In this document: positions 48,751 through 58,865 of the stretch, one piece after another
Numbering within the stretch: the stretch's first letter is position 1
Layout: each line of letters opens with the position of its first letter
Assembly: GCA_044344255.1 (NCBI GenBank)
Contig: JBIJDH010000012.1
Location: 96,001-160,000, forward strand
Direction: 5' to 3'
From: Myxococcota bacterium
Lineage (GTDB): Bacteria > Myxococcota_A > UBA796 > UBA2385
Length of the DNA: 64,000 nucleotides
The notes under the pieces: generated by a model
The model's database searches: none
What the model saw: only the letters and a program-made list of their open reading frames with translations
What the model was told of the DNA's origin: nothing
Position numbers and translations under genes: made by a program

Positions 48751-48916
48751 CTCGGGAGAGCGGGGGCCGGCGCTGTAAACGGGCCCGCCCGCTCGGGCAA
48801 CGGCCCGGTTCGTGCCCCCCGGGCGCCTTGGCTCGGCCGGCGGGAGCGGCTAGACGGGGCTACCACCCGCGAGGCCCCCGATGTCGGCAAGCTCCCCCGA
48901 GACGCAGCCTGGGACG

Positions 48917-50113
48917 ATGGAAGAGACGACGGCGACGGTGCCGCGGCTCGACTGGCCCCTGATGCACAACAACATCACCCGGGCTGACCTCGACGCCCTC
49001 ATCGCCTACCTCCAGCAGCCCGAGCCGATGCTCACCCAGGCGGGCCAGGTGCGCGCCTTCGAGGCCGAGTGGTCGGCCTGGACGGGCGTGAAGTACAGCG
49101 TCTTCGTCAACTCGGGGGCCTCGGCGAACCTGATCACGATGGCGGCCCTCCGCCACCTCCACGGGCCGGGCAAGGTGATCGTGCCCACGCTCACCTGGGT
49201 CTCCGACATCGCGAGCGTGCTCCAGGCCGGCTTCGAGCCGGTCTTCGTCGACATCGACCCCCGCACCCTCGGCATGGACGAAGATCAGGTGCTGGCGGCC
49301 CTCACCGACGACACGCGGGCCGTCTTCCTCACCTACGTGCTGGGCTACAACGCGCTCTCCCGTCGCCTGCTCGACGCCCTGGCCGCCCGCGGCGTCCCCC
49401 TCATCGAGGACGTCTGCGAGTCGCACGGCGCCACCTTCGAGGGCCGCCGCCTCGGCAGCTTCGGGCTCGCCTCCAACTTCTCCTTCTACTACGCCCATCA
49501 TATGAGCACGATCGAAGGAGGGATGGTCTGCACCGACGACGAGGAGCTCTACCAGACCGTCCGGATGTTGCGCTCCCACGGCATGGTGCGCGAGTCCACC
49601 TCCGAGGCGGTCAAGCAGGGCTTCCGCGACCGCTTCCCTGACCTCAACTCCGACTTCATCTTCGCGATGCCCGCCTGGAACGTGCGCAGCACCGAGCTCA
49701 ACGCCGTGATCGGCCGCGCGCAGCTCCCGCGCCTCGACGAGAACAACGTCGAGCGGAGCGGCAACCTCGCCCTCTTCCTCTCGCTGCTCGACCCCAAGAA
49801 GTACCGCACCGAGTTCACCCAGGAGGGGAGCAGCAACTACGCCTTCACCCTCGTGCTCCGCGCGCCCGACGCCGCCCTGTGGTCCAGGGTCGAGGCCACG
49901 CTGCGGGCGGCCAAGGTGGAGTTCCGCCGCGGCCTCTCGGGCGGCGGCAACATGCTGCGCCAGCCCTTCCTCCGCGGGATGGTCGAAGAGGGCGTGTGGA
50001 CGCGCTTCCCCGAGGTGGAGCACATCCACTTCTACTCCTGCTACATCGGGAACTACCCGGGGCTGGACCCGAGGAAGATTCACACGATCTGCGCGCTGCT
50101 GAACGCGCTCTGA
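48917..50113 (+). CDS. DegT/DnrJ-fold PLP enzyme, ColD-like NDP-4-keto-6-deoxysugar 3-dehydratase
   Basis: VNSGASAN, IEDVCESHG, SFYYAHHMSTIEGG with His at the Schiff-base Lys position. Confidence 0.85.
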   Translation: MEETTATVPRLDWPLMHNNITRADLDALIAYLQQPEPMLTQAGQVRAFEAEWSAWTGVKYSVFVNSGASANLITMAALRHLHGPGKVIVPTLTWVSDIASVLQAGFEPVFVDIDPRTLGMDEDQVLAALTDDTRAVFLTYVLGYNALSRRLLDALAARGVPLIEDVCESHGATFEGRRLGSFGLASNFSFYYAHHMSTIEGGMVCTDDEELYQTVRMLRSHGMVRESTSEAVKQGFRDRFPDLNSDFIFAMPAWNVRSTELNAVIGRAQLPRLDENNVERSGNLALFLSLLDPKKYRTEFTQEGSSNYAFTLVLRAPDAALWSRVEATLRAAKVEFRRGLSGGGNMLRQPFLRGMVEEGVWTRFPEVEHIHFYSCYIGNYPGLDPRKIHTICALLNAL

Positions 50114-50156
50114 GCGGGCGGGGCGCTTCGGAAGAGGCGCCCCGGCGGCGGGGGCC

Positions 50157-50591
50157 TCAGGCGGCGGCGGCGCTCATCGTCTCGACGGCCTCGCGGACCG
50201 CGGCCTCCTCCCAGGGCACCCAGCGGTCGGCGAGGGCGCGCAGGGAGGGGTCGAGGGCCTCGGCCCCTGCGGTCCCCTCGGGCAGCAAGCCGAGGATGGG
50301 GAGGCCGAGCCCGCGGGCGATCTGCAGGGCGTGGCCCACCCAGGTGGTGCCGCGCTTGGAGCCCGAGTAGACGCCGGGCAGCAGGAGCACCATCGCCGCT
50401 CCGCGCACCTGCTCCTCTGTCTGGACCCGGACGATGGCCGCGCCCCGCTCGCTCGTGAGCTGGAGGATGGGGTCAAACCAGGGCGTGCCGAAGTTGCGCC
50501 AGCGCAGCCCGTACACAGCGTCCAGCAGGGCGAGGGCCCGGCTGCGCTCGGCGCACTCTCGCCAGTCGTGCGTGACGTAGATGTCCTTCAT
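50157..50591 (-). CDS. TIR-like (ThsB/MTH538-type) protein lacking the usual catalytic Glu
   Basis: IYVTHDW…P…DP…QV…VLLLPGVY…WVGHAL…A…PILG…AD…VPW pattern. Confidence 0.65.
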   Translation of the reverse strand: MKDIYVTHDWRECAERSRALALLDAVYGLRWRNFGTPWFDPILQLTSERGAAIVRVQTEEQVRGAAMVLLLPGVYSGSKRGTTWVGHALQIARGLGLPILGLLPEGTAGAEALDPSLRALADRWVPWEEAAVREAVETMSAAAA

Positions 50592-50642
50592 CGGCCCTCG
50601 CTCCCGCTCTGTGAAGACCCGCTCTGTGAATTTGGACCCAAT

Positions 50643-52901
50643 TCAGACGGCGCCGTTCGCGCTGAGATCGGCGTAGCCCACGCCCATGTTGTCGAGCTGC
50701 CGCCGAAGCTCGACGGAAGACTGGAAGGCGAGGCGCATCGAGCCGTTCTTCACGAGCAGGCTGCCCCCGAAGCGGGGCGCAGGTGGCGGCGGGCGCTTGT
50801 AGCCCGCATCTCGAATGTCCCAGGTCGAAAGCGAAACATCGTCATCCACCAGCCACTCCCTATAGTCCAGGTGCCCGCCCCCGGCGATGGCGTCGGCGAG
50901 GTTGGTGTGCGCCTCCGAACCCACGATAATGCCGGCCGCCGTCAGCCCGCTGATCATGCGGGAGAGCCGCTTCACCCGCACACCGCGGTCGATGTAGGGC
51001 TCGGTGCTGTACCAGAGGCGAGAGGGAATGCCAAAGTAGTACCGCTTGTACAGCTTCTCCTTGTCGCCATAGAAGTGGATGTTGTGCTTCTCCGGCTGGA
51101 ACCAGTACACGCTGTTCTGAACGAGCAGACAGGGGTTGATGTTGTTCACGAGGGGGAAACAGTCCCGGTTCTGCGAGAGCAGCTGGATGGTGTCATCGAC
51201 GTCCTGCTCCGTCTCCCCGGGGATCCCCATGACGATGTTGATCCAGGGCTGAATCCCCGCCTCCGCGCAGTCCCGGTGATTCTTCAGCAGCGTCTCGATC
51301 GTGTAGCCCTTCGCCTGACGCCGGATGGTGTTCTCGGTGAAGGCGTCCGCCCCGAAATTCAGGTAGGACATACCAGCGGCCTTCATCAGCTTGAAGAAGT
51401 CGACGTCATAGTTCTTGTTCAGGCGAATCTGTCCGCCAAAGGTGACCTTCAGGTTGCGGCGGACGATCTCCTCGCAGAGCTGGTGGAGCACCTCCGGCTG
51501 ACCACCAAAGTCACTGTCCGAAGCGGAGAAGTTACCGCCGCGCCCGGTGGCCATGATGGCCTCCATCTCGTCCACATACTGGATCGGGCTCCGGGTTCGG
51601 AAGGCGAAGCGCTCGGCGCAGAAGGAGCAGCGGGACCAGACGCAGCCGCGGGTCAAGGGGATGGCGGTGGAGCGGCCCCCCCAGTAGGTCTGGTAGATCT
51701 GGTTGAAGTCCTCCCAGACGTCGAGGGCGACGCCGCCGAGGGCGTCGAGGTTGTGGGGCTGCGGGCCGGGGAGGAAGGGGCGCTTCGGGTCATCGTAGAC
51801 GGAGATGACCCCGGGAACGTTCCCCGGGCGCTCCCCGCGGGCGAGGCGCTCGGCGAGCGGGCCCACGACGCTGTCGGCCTCGCCGATGACCATGTAGTCA
51901 TGTTCGGGGAAGGCGCCGCGGCCGAAGGGCTCGGAGTAGCAGCTGTGCCCACCGACGAGGATGACCGTCTCGGGGAGGATGACCTTGAGCCGCCGCGCGA
52001 GGTGCCGCGTGATCCACTCGTTTCGCGCGTGCACCGACATCGCCACGATCTTCGGCCGCGCCCCGACGATGGCCGCGATGAGCTCCTCAATCTGCTCCTC
52101 GAAGTGGGCGACGATGAAGGGCCACTGCCGGGGATCGACCCAGATGCGCTCGTTGTAGCCCCAGGCCTCGGCCGACACCTTGACCCCGTTCGCCATCACG
52201 GGCTCACAGCCGAGGTCGAGCAGGCGAGACATCTGGAAGCGGTGGTACCAGATGGGGTCGAGGTCCATCGACTGGAAGTTCAGAGAGGAGCGCTTGAGGG
52301 CCGAATGTACGTAAGAGAAGCCCACCGAGATCTGCTGACCGGCGCGCGCAGGGAGGTCGAGCAGAAGGAGGTCGAGCCCCGGGCGCACCTCGAGCTCCGG
52401 CAGCACCATCGGGTAGATGCTGGCCTCGGAGCGGATCATCCCGTAGGGTTCATCCCCGGGGAGCTCGTCGGCGATGATGTCGGGGGCGAACACCTTCAAC
52501 CAACGGGGGATCTGGGAGCGGACCCGGAAGGTGGGCTCGGCCAGGGTGTGCGCGATGAAGATCGTCGAGACCTCGATCGGCAGCGCGGAGAGCGACGAGA
52601 CGACGGGGATGCCCCGATGCTCCCCCGCCTGGGAGGCCGGATCAACGATGACCTGAATCGCGGCCGCCGCCTCCGGCGCGTGGTCGAGCAGGAAGTCGAG
52701 GAAGGGGCCCTGGCGGAAGGCCGCGAGCTGGCCGCCGGCCCGCTGGAGGTGCGCCACGAGCCGACGCAAGGCCGCGAGCTCCTTCTCCTCCCCGGTCATC
52801 GGGAAGCAGCGCGCCGCGCTGAAGCGGAGGACGTCCGCCTCGGCCCGGTAGACGAGCTCACCCTGGTTGTTCCGGAAGTCGATCGCCTGTTTGATGCTCA
52901 T
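50643..52901 (-). CDS. Large B12-binding radical SAM protein with N-terminal extension
   Basis: LVGGH, GEAD, TRGCVWSRCSFC (Cx4Cx2C), GIPGET. Confidence 0.88.
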   Translation of the reverse strand: MSIKQAIDFRNNQGELVYRAEADVLRFSAARCFPMTGEEKELAALRRLVAHLQRAGGQLAAFRQGPFLDFLLDHAPEAAAAIQVIVDPASQAGEHRGIPVVSSLSALPIEVSTIFIAHTLAEPTFRVRSQIPRWLKVFAPDIIADELPGDEPYGMIRSEASIYPMVLPELEVRPGLDLLLLDLPARAGQQISVGFSYVHSALKRSSLNFQSMDLDPIWYHRFQMSRLLDLGCEPVMANGVKVSAEAWGYNERIWVDPRQWPFIVAHFEEQIEELIAAIVGARPKIVAMSVHARNEWITRHLARRLKVILPETVILVGGHSCYSEPFGRGAFPEHDYMVIGEADSVVGPLAERLARGERPGNVPGVISVYDDPKRPFLPGPQPHNLDALGGVALDVWEDFNQIYQTYWGGRSTAIPLTRGCVWSRCSFCAERFAFRTRSPIQYVDEMEAIMATGRGGNFSASDSDFGGQPEVLHQLCEEIVRRNLKVTFGGQIRLNKNYDVDFFKLMKAAGMSYLNFGADAFTENTIRRQAKGYTIETLLKNHRDCAEAGIQPWINIVMGIPGETEQDVDDTIQLLSQNRDCFPLVNNINPCLLVQNSVYWFQPEKHNIHFYGDKEKLYKRYYFGIPSRLWYSTEPYIDRGVRVKRLSRMISGLTAAGIIVGSEAHTNLADAIAGGGHLDYREWLVDDDVSLSTWDIRDAGYKRPPPPAPRFGGSLLVKNGSMRLAFQSSVELRRQLDNMGVGYADLSANGAV

Positions 52902-52998
52902 GGGTCGCTCGGCGGTCCGTGGGTGATGCCCTGGGAGGGCTGACGCTCAAACTATCAAGGGGGTCGAGGGGGTCAAGGGCCGACCGACCGCGACCTCC

Positions 52999-53712
52999 TC
53001 AGCCCGTGAAGTAGCGTCCGCCGCCCTTGATCACCCACCAGAATCCGTGGTCCATCGAGACGCTCCCGAGCTCCTCGTGGACCGCCAGCATCACGCCAGG
53101 GTGGAACTCGTGGGGAGGCCGCAAGAAGTCTCGGTCCAAGTGTCGCCGCGCGAGCTCCAAGAGCTCCGGGCTCGGCAGCTTCTCCAGGTCATCGCCGCAG
53201 ATCATCGCCAGATCATTTCGCGCGAGGCGCTTCGCCTCCCGGAGGTTGCTCACCACAGAGCTGTACTTGTGGTCTCCATCAATGTAGATGAAGTCAAAGA
53301 TCCCTGTGCGAAGGCGCTCCAGCACCCGCTCCGAGTCGCCGCGGATGATGTCTACCGACACCCTACCCGGATAGGCGGTCTCGAACCTCCGCACCGCCAA
53401 GAAGGTAGCCAGGAAGGCCTCGGAGGCCTGGCCGTCCATCGCGGCGTAGTCCCACTCCCGGTCCTCCAGGCGATCGGCGGAGCTGGCGTAAGGCCGCCAT
53501 GCGTCCACGAGCGTCAGGGTGGAGCCAGGGTGCAGGTTCTCCAGCCAGACCCGGGTGGAGCCCTCGCCGAACCAAGAGCCCACCTCGAGCGCGTGGATCG
53601 GCCTCTTGAAGGTCCGTATGGCCTGCTCCATCACCCGGCGGCGATGGGGGTGGATCTGATTCGTGGGGATCGGCGGCAAGGGTTCGGGCGCCTCGCGCTC
53701 AGAATTCTTCAT
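52999..53712 (-). CDS. Class I SAM-dependent methyltransferase (Methyltransf_24-like)
   Basis: LEVGSWFG, VDAW, FDFIYIDGDH, ICGDD. Confidence 0.88.
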   Translation of the reverse strand: MKNSEREAPEPLPPIPTNQIHPHRRRVMEQAIRTFKRPIHALEVGSWFGEGSTRVWLENLHPGSTLTLVDAWRPYASSADRLEDREWDYAAMDGQASEAFLATFLAVRRFETAYPGRVSVDIIRGDSERVLERLRTGIFDFIYIDGDHKYSSVVSNLREAKRLARNDLAMICGDDLEKLPSPELLELARRHLDRDFLRPPHEFHPGVMLAVHEELGSVSMDHGFWWVIKGGGRYFTG

Positions 53713-54382
53713 ACGCGCCCCGAACCTCGGAGAATTCACCCTCTTTGCTGTCAGCCCACCCGAGCACGATGTACTGCTCCAAGGGACAGTGCTGCTCGAC
53801 GGTGTTCAAGAAGTGGAAGTGGCGGAAGGTCTCATTCCGCAACAACAGCCGGTTGGAGCGTGGGAAGATGGGCTCTGCGACATCCTCTTCTCGCACGTAG
53901 GTGAGGATCCCGCCGTAGTCCCAGCTCCACCCGCCGTTGATGAAGAGGCTGTAGCCGACGACGCCGGCGTAGCCGTCCTGATGCGCTCGGTAGACATCCC
54001 CTCCCCTCACCCGAGCGGCGCCCGGGAAGAGCGAGAAGCGCGCCAGCCCCTCGGTGGCCTGCTTCATCATCGGGGCGAGGTGGCCGTGGAAGACCTCTTG
54101 GAGGCTCGCGAGCTCCCGCTGGCGCTGGATGAGCGAGAACTTGGCGATGTAGGGCTCGTCGGCCCCCGGGAGGTTCTTCAAGCCCGAGGCGAAGACGTGC
54201 TCGTAATGCTGCGGCCGGACCTGGTAGTGGATCTGCGACTGGCCACGACGGAGCTCGTCGAGCAGGCGGTCATGCAGGTCGAGGGGCAGAAAGTCGTCGA
54301 TGATGATGTAGCCATGCGAATTGAGCCGCGCCTTCTGCGCATCCGTCAGCTCAATCCGGGTCCGAGGGTAGGTCTCCTTCAT
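53699..54382 (-). CDS. 2OG-Fe(II) oxygenase (prolyl-hydroxylase-like)
   Basis: IIDDFL, HQD (HxD), W…YGGIL, PRSNRL, distal His. Confidence 0.75.
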   Translation of the reverse strand: MKETYPRTRIELTDAQKARLNSHGYIIIDDFLPLDLHDRLLDELRRGQSQIHYQVRPQHYEHVFASGLKNLPGADEPYIAKFSLIQRQRELASLQEVFHGHLAPMMKQATEGLARFSLFPGAARVRGGDVYRAHQDGYAGVVGYSLFINGGWSWDYGGILTYVREEDVAEPIFPRSNRLLLRNETFRHFHFLNTVEQHCPLEQYIVLGWADSKEGEFSEVRGAYEEF

Positions 54383-54386
54383 GGGC

Positions 54387-55133
54387 TCACTCCACCACGA
54401 GGTAGGAAGTACGGGCGCTGTAGCGGTAGCGACGCACCGCGAACCGACCGAGGCCAAAGACCTCTCGGAGGGCGACCGTCTCGCCGGGCGTCGTCTCGTC
54501 GTTGATCTCGTCGAAGCCGATCACCGTGCCCTTCGTGATGAAGGGCTCGATCGCCTCGAGGCAGCGCTTCGTCGGCTCGTAGAGGTCAAAGTCGAAGTAA
54601 GCCAACGCGATGATGGTCTGGGGGTTGCGCTCCAGGTAGGCCGGGAAGCCCTGGACCGCGTCTCCGGCGATCACCTCGTGTCGCCGGAGGTGGCTCATCG
54701 GGCTCTCCGCCTCCTGCAGCGCCAGCACCTCTCGCAGATGCGCCTCGTACGCGGGGGCCGTGCCGTAGTCCCCAGCCTCGACCCTGTCGCCGTCCTCGGG
54801 GGTCACGCCCACGAAGCCGTCAAAGGTGTCGAAGCCCACCACCTTCCGCAGGCGGTTGAATGGCTCGTAGATGCCCCGCATCGAGGTGAACAGGGACAGG
54901 TTCTGCCCCCACCGGCAGCCGAACTCAACCACGATGCCCTGGGTGTCCAGGATCTGTCGGTAGAGGAAGTCCATGAACAAGACACGAGACAAGGTCTGCG
55001 GCGTCAGGTACAGGCCGACGTTGAGCATCAGCTCACGGTCGGGGATGGGCGAAGACCGGAGGAGCGTCGCGAGTCGGTCACGGCGGTCCGCCTGATCTTC
55101 CGGGCCAAAGGTCATCATCTTGGGGGGTGTCAT
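54387..55133 (-). CDS. TylF/MycF-family sugar O-methyltransferase-like protein
   Basis: VEFGCRWG, GFDTFDGF, AYFDFDLYEPT, FDE…PGE. Confidence 0.82.
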   Translation of the reverse strand: MTPPKMMTFGPEDQADRRDRLATLLRSSPIPDRELMLNVGLYLTPQTLSRVLFMDFLYRQILDTQGIVVEFGCRWGQNLSLFTSMRGIYEPFNRLRKVVGFDTFDGFVGVTPEDGDRVEAGDYGTAPAYEAHLREVLALQEAESPMSHLRRHEVIAGDAVQGFPAYLERNPQTIIALAYFDFDLYEPTKRCLEAIEPFITKGTVIGFDEINDETTPGETVALREVFGLGRFAVRRYRYSARTSYLVVE

Positions 55134-55140
55134 CGGGGGT

Positions 55141-57390
55141 TCAGCCGCGGAGGAGCCGTCTGTTGGGACGGTTGTTGGTGAAGTGAGGCTCCTGGCGGCT
55201 CCAGGCCGTGAGGAGGACTCGAACGTCTGCACGCAAGGTGCCGCCCTCCGGGATCCGGTCGAGCACCACCATGTCCCGGAGCCGCTTGACGACGAGATCG
55301 AGCAAGGTGGAGCGATGGAGGCTGAGGAAGAGCGTCACCGCCTCGGCCCACCCGGCGGAGGAGGTGCCCTCCGCGAGGGCCAAGGCGAGGCTGTAGGTGT
55401 AGCCCGCGAAGGCGGGATCGAGGCGCACCGCCTCCCGAAGGTGGGAGACCTCACCCGAACAAACGCCCACATAGTGGTGGATCGAGGCGAGGAGCAGGCT
55501 GACTCGCTCGTCTGTCCGCTCCACTCCCCCCATGAACTCGCCCACGAGGAGGTCCTGATAGCTACGGTAATTGAAGAAGTCGGGGAAGATGTCCCAGGAA
55601 TAGACATCATCCTCTCGGCTCAACCTCCAGCGCGCGCGGGGGACGTCGAGGATCGCCCGCGCCCGCGCGAGCGCGGCCGCCGGCTGGTCGCCGAGCCCCA
55701 GGTGCAGCCCGACGCGGACGTAGTTGAAGGCGAGGATGAGGCTGTCCGAGAAGAGGCTCTGGGCGTTCGCCAGGTCCCGAATCACTGGATCGAGGAGCTC
55801 GCGGGCCCAGGGCTGACTGAGGTTCGCCTCGTACACCGCCTCCGTGAGGCTGTCGGAGAACTGCTGTTGGCTACCGCTCACAGCGGAGGCCACACAGAGC
55901 ACGATCTCCCGACAGCAGCCGTTCAGCCAGCGCGGGTCGCGCCGGGAGCGATACAGAGCGGACTCCCGCCGATAGGACTCCAGCGCCCAAGCGAGGCGCA
56001 CCTTGTGGCCCCCCGGCAGAAGCCAGCCGAGCGACATCACCGGCCGCTCCTGGATGTAAGCCGAGGTGTCCCGCCCCACCCGGCGCCTGCCGGGTCGTGA
56101 CGCGACAAAGGTCAAGAATCGAAAGAGCTGAGAGGCGACCGTGGGCAGAGAGAACTCTTCGCAGACCCGCCGCGCGCCCCAGGCCGCCCGCGGGCGGACC
56201 TCTGGCCAGCGGTCCACCATGTCCTGGAGCACCGGGAGGAGGCCGCTCGGGCCCTCGGCGTCATAGGGGTGAACGCCGTCCTCCTCACCATAATAAAAGC
56301 GGAGCACGCTGTCCCGCTGCACGGCCACCGCACAGCCTGCGGCGAGGGTCTCGAGGCCACGGGTGACGGTGCCGCCGCCGCGCCGATAGAAGGAGAACCC
56401 GACCTTGGACGTCGCCAGACAGAGCTGGTAAATATCAGCGGCCGCCCACCCGTTGCTCACCGTCAAGGTGAGCTCGTCGCTGAGCAGGATGTCCGCGATC
56501 AAGGCTGCCTTGTCGGGGTGCCAGTGTTGAAACAGCGTACCCGTGACGGCGCAGTCTACCGTCCGGGGGAGCGCGTCCACGGCGTATCGGGGCGGCTCAA
56601 CGCCGAAGGTCTTCGGGAAGGTGGAAACCGGGCAGCCCACCATGGGCTGCACGTCACTCCACTCGGTATGGTCGGTCACGATCAGCTCATCGAAGAGCTG
56701 GAGCCAGGGGTGGACGACTTGGACGTGGACGTCACAGTCGGCCGTCTGTCCAAGGATGGGGCAGTTGAGGGACTGGATGTCGGGCGGGATGAGGTGCCAC
56801 TCCACCATCTGACAGAAGTAGAAGTCAGGCGGGGATCCGCGCCGCGCAAACTCCCAGATGCTGGCGTAGGGGTGATTGGGCAGGTCTGTCGCCCCCGGGC
56901 CAATGTTCTTCACCGAGAAGCGGCTGTCCCTGGCGATGTGCTGGAGCAGAGCCTGCGGACCGTTCACCGACCACGGCATCTGCACGAGCACCTCGATCAC
57001 CGGCTTCCGGATGAGGTCGAGCAGTCGCCGCGCGTGCGGCAGGCTGAGCGGGGCGAGGCGAGCCTCCGCCGCGCTGTCGAGGCCGCGGATCCAGAGCGCG
57101 ACCGCCTCATAAAAGCGGGGTTCCTCGCCTTGGAATCGGGCGAGCCCGAGCAGGGCCTCTTCGGTGAGGCCCATCAGGCCCCGGGCCGCGAAACGACGCC
57201 AGTCACCGTACTCGGCCTGATCGGCGACGTAGGTATAGTCCCCGCGCTCGAAGGCCTCGGCCACCCCGAGGCCCGGCACCGCAGGATAGAGCCTCTCCTG
57301 CCTCGTCTGTTCGGATCTCGCTTCAGTCACGTCATTCTCTCCATCGACCGCGGACTGGCCGGGAGCCGAGCATAGCAAGCCCCGCGTCAA
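55141..57390 (-). CDS. Large glycosyltransferase-like protein (GT-B-like core with helical/TPR regions)
   Basis: TRGLETLAAGC resembles the R..E..A.G motif of GT-B enzymes; position within the glycan operon. Confidence 0.6.
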   Translation of the reverse strand: MTRGLLCSAPGQSAVDGENDVTEARSEQTRQERLYPAVPGLGVAEAFERGDYTYVADQAEYGDWRRFAARGLMGLTEEALLGLARFQGEEPRFYEAVALWIRGLDSAAEARLAPLSLPHARRLLDLIRKPVIEVLVQMPWSVNGPQALLQHIARDSRFSVKNIGPGATDLPNHPYASIWEFARRGSPPDFYFCQMVEWHLIPPDIQSLNCPILGQTADCDVHVQVVHPWLQLFDELIVTDHTEWSDVQPMVGCPVSTFPKTFGVEPPRYAVDALPRTVDCAVTGTLFQHWHPDKAALIADILLSDELTLTVSNGWAAADIYQLCLATSKVGFSFYRRGGGTVTRGLETLAAGCAVAVQRDSVLRFYYGEEDGVHPYDAEGPSGLLPVLQDMVDRWPEVRPRAAWGARRVCEEFSLPTVASQLFRFLTFVASRPGRRRVGRDTSAYIQERPVMSLGWLLPGGHKVRLAWALESYRRESALYRSRRDPRWLNGCCREIVLCVASAVSGSQQQFSDSLTEAVYEANLSQPWARELLDPVIRDLANAQSLFSDSLILAFNYVRVGLHLGLGDQPAAALARARAILDVPRARWRLSREDDVYSWDIFPDFFNYRSYQDLLVGEFMGGVERTDERVSLLLASIHHYVGVCSGEVSHLREAVRLDPAFAGYTYSLALALAEGTSSAGWAEAVTLFLSLHRSTLLDLVVKRLRDMVVLDRIPEGGTLRADVRVLLTAWSRQEPHFTNNRPNRRLLRG

Positions 57391-58856
57391 GTCTCCAGCA
57401 AGCGACGCCGAAGCTTGTTCTTGGAGATGTCGACGACATGATCGCGCACAGGTCGTCCGAATCGAGACTCCACCATGTCGAGGTACCGATCACTGGAGAA
57501 GTAGGCGTGGAAGGCCTCGTCGCGGAATTGCACCACCTGCTTCGCGCTGAGCGCGTGTGTGGGGAGCGGCTGCATGTCGTAGCCGTGCTGCGAGAAGGCG
57601 GCCCAGGTGGAGGGCAGCTCCCAACCCTCTCTCTGGGCGTCGGTGTAGAGCGGGGAGCCCGGGTAGGCCATCGCGCAGTAGAAGTTGGCGAACTCGCAGT
57701 TGAGCTCGACGGCCATGTCGAGGGTCTCCTGCATGGTCTCGAGCGTGTCGTCGGGCAGCCCGAAGATGTAGTTGCCGATGACCCGGATGCCGGCGGCCTG
57801 GATCTGCTCGACCACGCGGCCGATGTCCTTGACCCGCATCGCCTTCGAGGCGCCCTCCCGCACGTCGGGGTTGGCCGACTCGATGCCGAGGGCGAGCCAG
57901 GTGATGCCGGCCTTCCGCATGCGTTCGAGGTTCTGGGGCTTCACGGTGTCGACCCGGGCGTAGGCCCAGATGTTCAAGTCGTAGCCGCGCTCGATCAGCC
58001 CCTCGACGATGCCCATGTAGTGGCGCTCGTCGAGGACGAACATCTCGTCGATGAACTTGATGTTCTTGACGCCGTAGGTCTCGACCAGGAAGCCGATCTC
58101 GTCGACGACCGCGGCCGGGCTGCGGTAGCGGATGCCCCGCTTACCAAAGAGCGCGTTGATGCAGCAGAACACGCAGCCGTAGGGGCAGCCCAGGCTCGTG
58201 TAGATAGCGGCGTAGGGCTGGCGCTCGGTGATGTGATCGAAGCAGTGCCAATTGTGCGCGCGGTACCGCTCCATCGGCAGGAGGTCCCAGGCGGCGCGGG
58301 GGAGCAGCTCATCGAGGGACTTGAGCAGCGGCGCGGGGGCGGTGCTGCGAAGGCCCTCACCCTCCCAGTACCAGAGGCCGGGGACCTGATCGAGGGCGCC
58401 GCCGTCACGGAGGGCGGCGACGAGCGCCTTCAAGGTGAAGGGCCCCTCGCCGGCGATGAGGTAATCGACCGCCTCCTCGCGGATCGTGCGCTCGGGGAGC
58501 GCGGTGGGGTGCAGGCCGCCGATGGCCACCTTGCAGGCGCCCGTGCGATGGATGGCCGCGCAGATCCGGCCGGCCGCCGACATCGTCTGCGTCGAGGCGG
58601 AGGGCTGGTTGCCATACACGATGACCGCCGCGAGGCGCGGGGAGAGGGCCGCCACCGCCGCCGCGGTCTCCTCGGCCGAGTAGTTGAGGGCGTTGGCGTC
58701 GATGATGGCCACCGACACGCCCTCCTTACGCAGGAAGCCCGCGAGGGCGGCCGACCAATAAGGGGGCTCCACCGCCGCGACGTCGGCGCCGAGACCCTGG
58801 TAGATCTCTCGCTTGTCCCCTGGGTTCACGAGGACGAGATCGATCGGACTGCCCAT
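57387..58856 (-). CDS. B12-binding domain radical SAM protein
   Basis: GGLHPT, GEG, SLGCPYGCVFC, DEMF, GIES, YPGS. Confidence 0.92.
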   Translation of the reverse strand: MGSPIDLVLVNPGDKREIYQGLGADVAAVEPPYWSAALAGFLRKEGVSVAIIDANALNYSAEETAAAVAALSPRLAAVIVYGNQPSASTQTMSAAGRICAAIHRTGACKVAIGGLHPTALPERTIREEAVDYLIAGEGPFTLKALVAALRDGGALDQVPGLWYWEGEGLRSTAPAPLLKSLDELLPRAAWDLLPMERYRAHNWHCFDHITERQPYAAIYTSLGCPYGCVFCCINALFGKRGIRYRSPAAVVDEIGFLVETYGVKNIKFIDEMFVLDERHYMGIVEGLIERGYDLNIWAYARVDTVKPQNLERMRKAGITWLALGIESANPDVREGASKAMRVKDIGRVVEQIQAAGIRVIGNYIFGLPDDTLETMQETLDMAVELNCEFANFYCAMAYPGSPLYTDAQREGWELPSTWAAFSQHGYDMQPLPTHALSAKQVVQFRDEAFHAYFSSDRYLDMVESRFGRPVRDHVVDISKNKLRRRLLET

Positions 58857-58865
58857 GAGGATCCC

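Noticed and set aside
50157..50591. Thoeris defence system
   Set aside because: No ThsA-like SIR2/SLOG or macro effector in the window, and the TIR catalytic Glu is absent.
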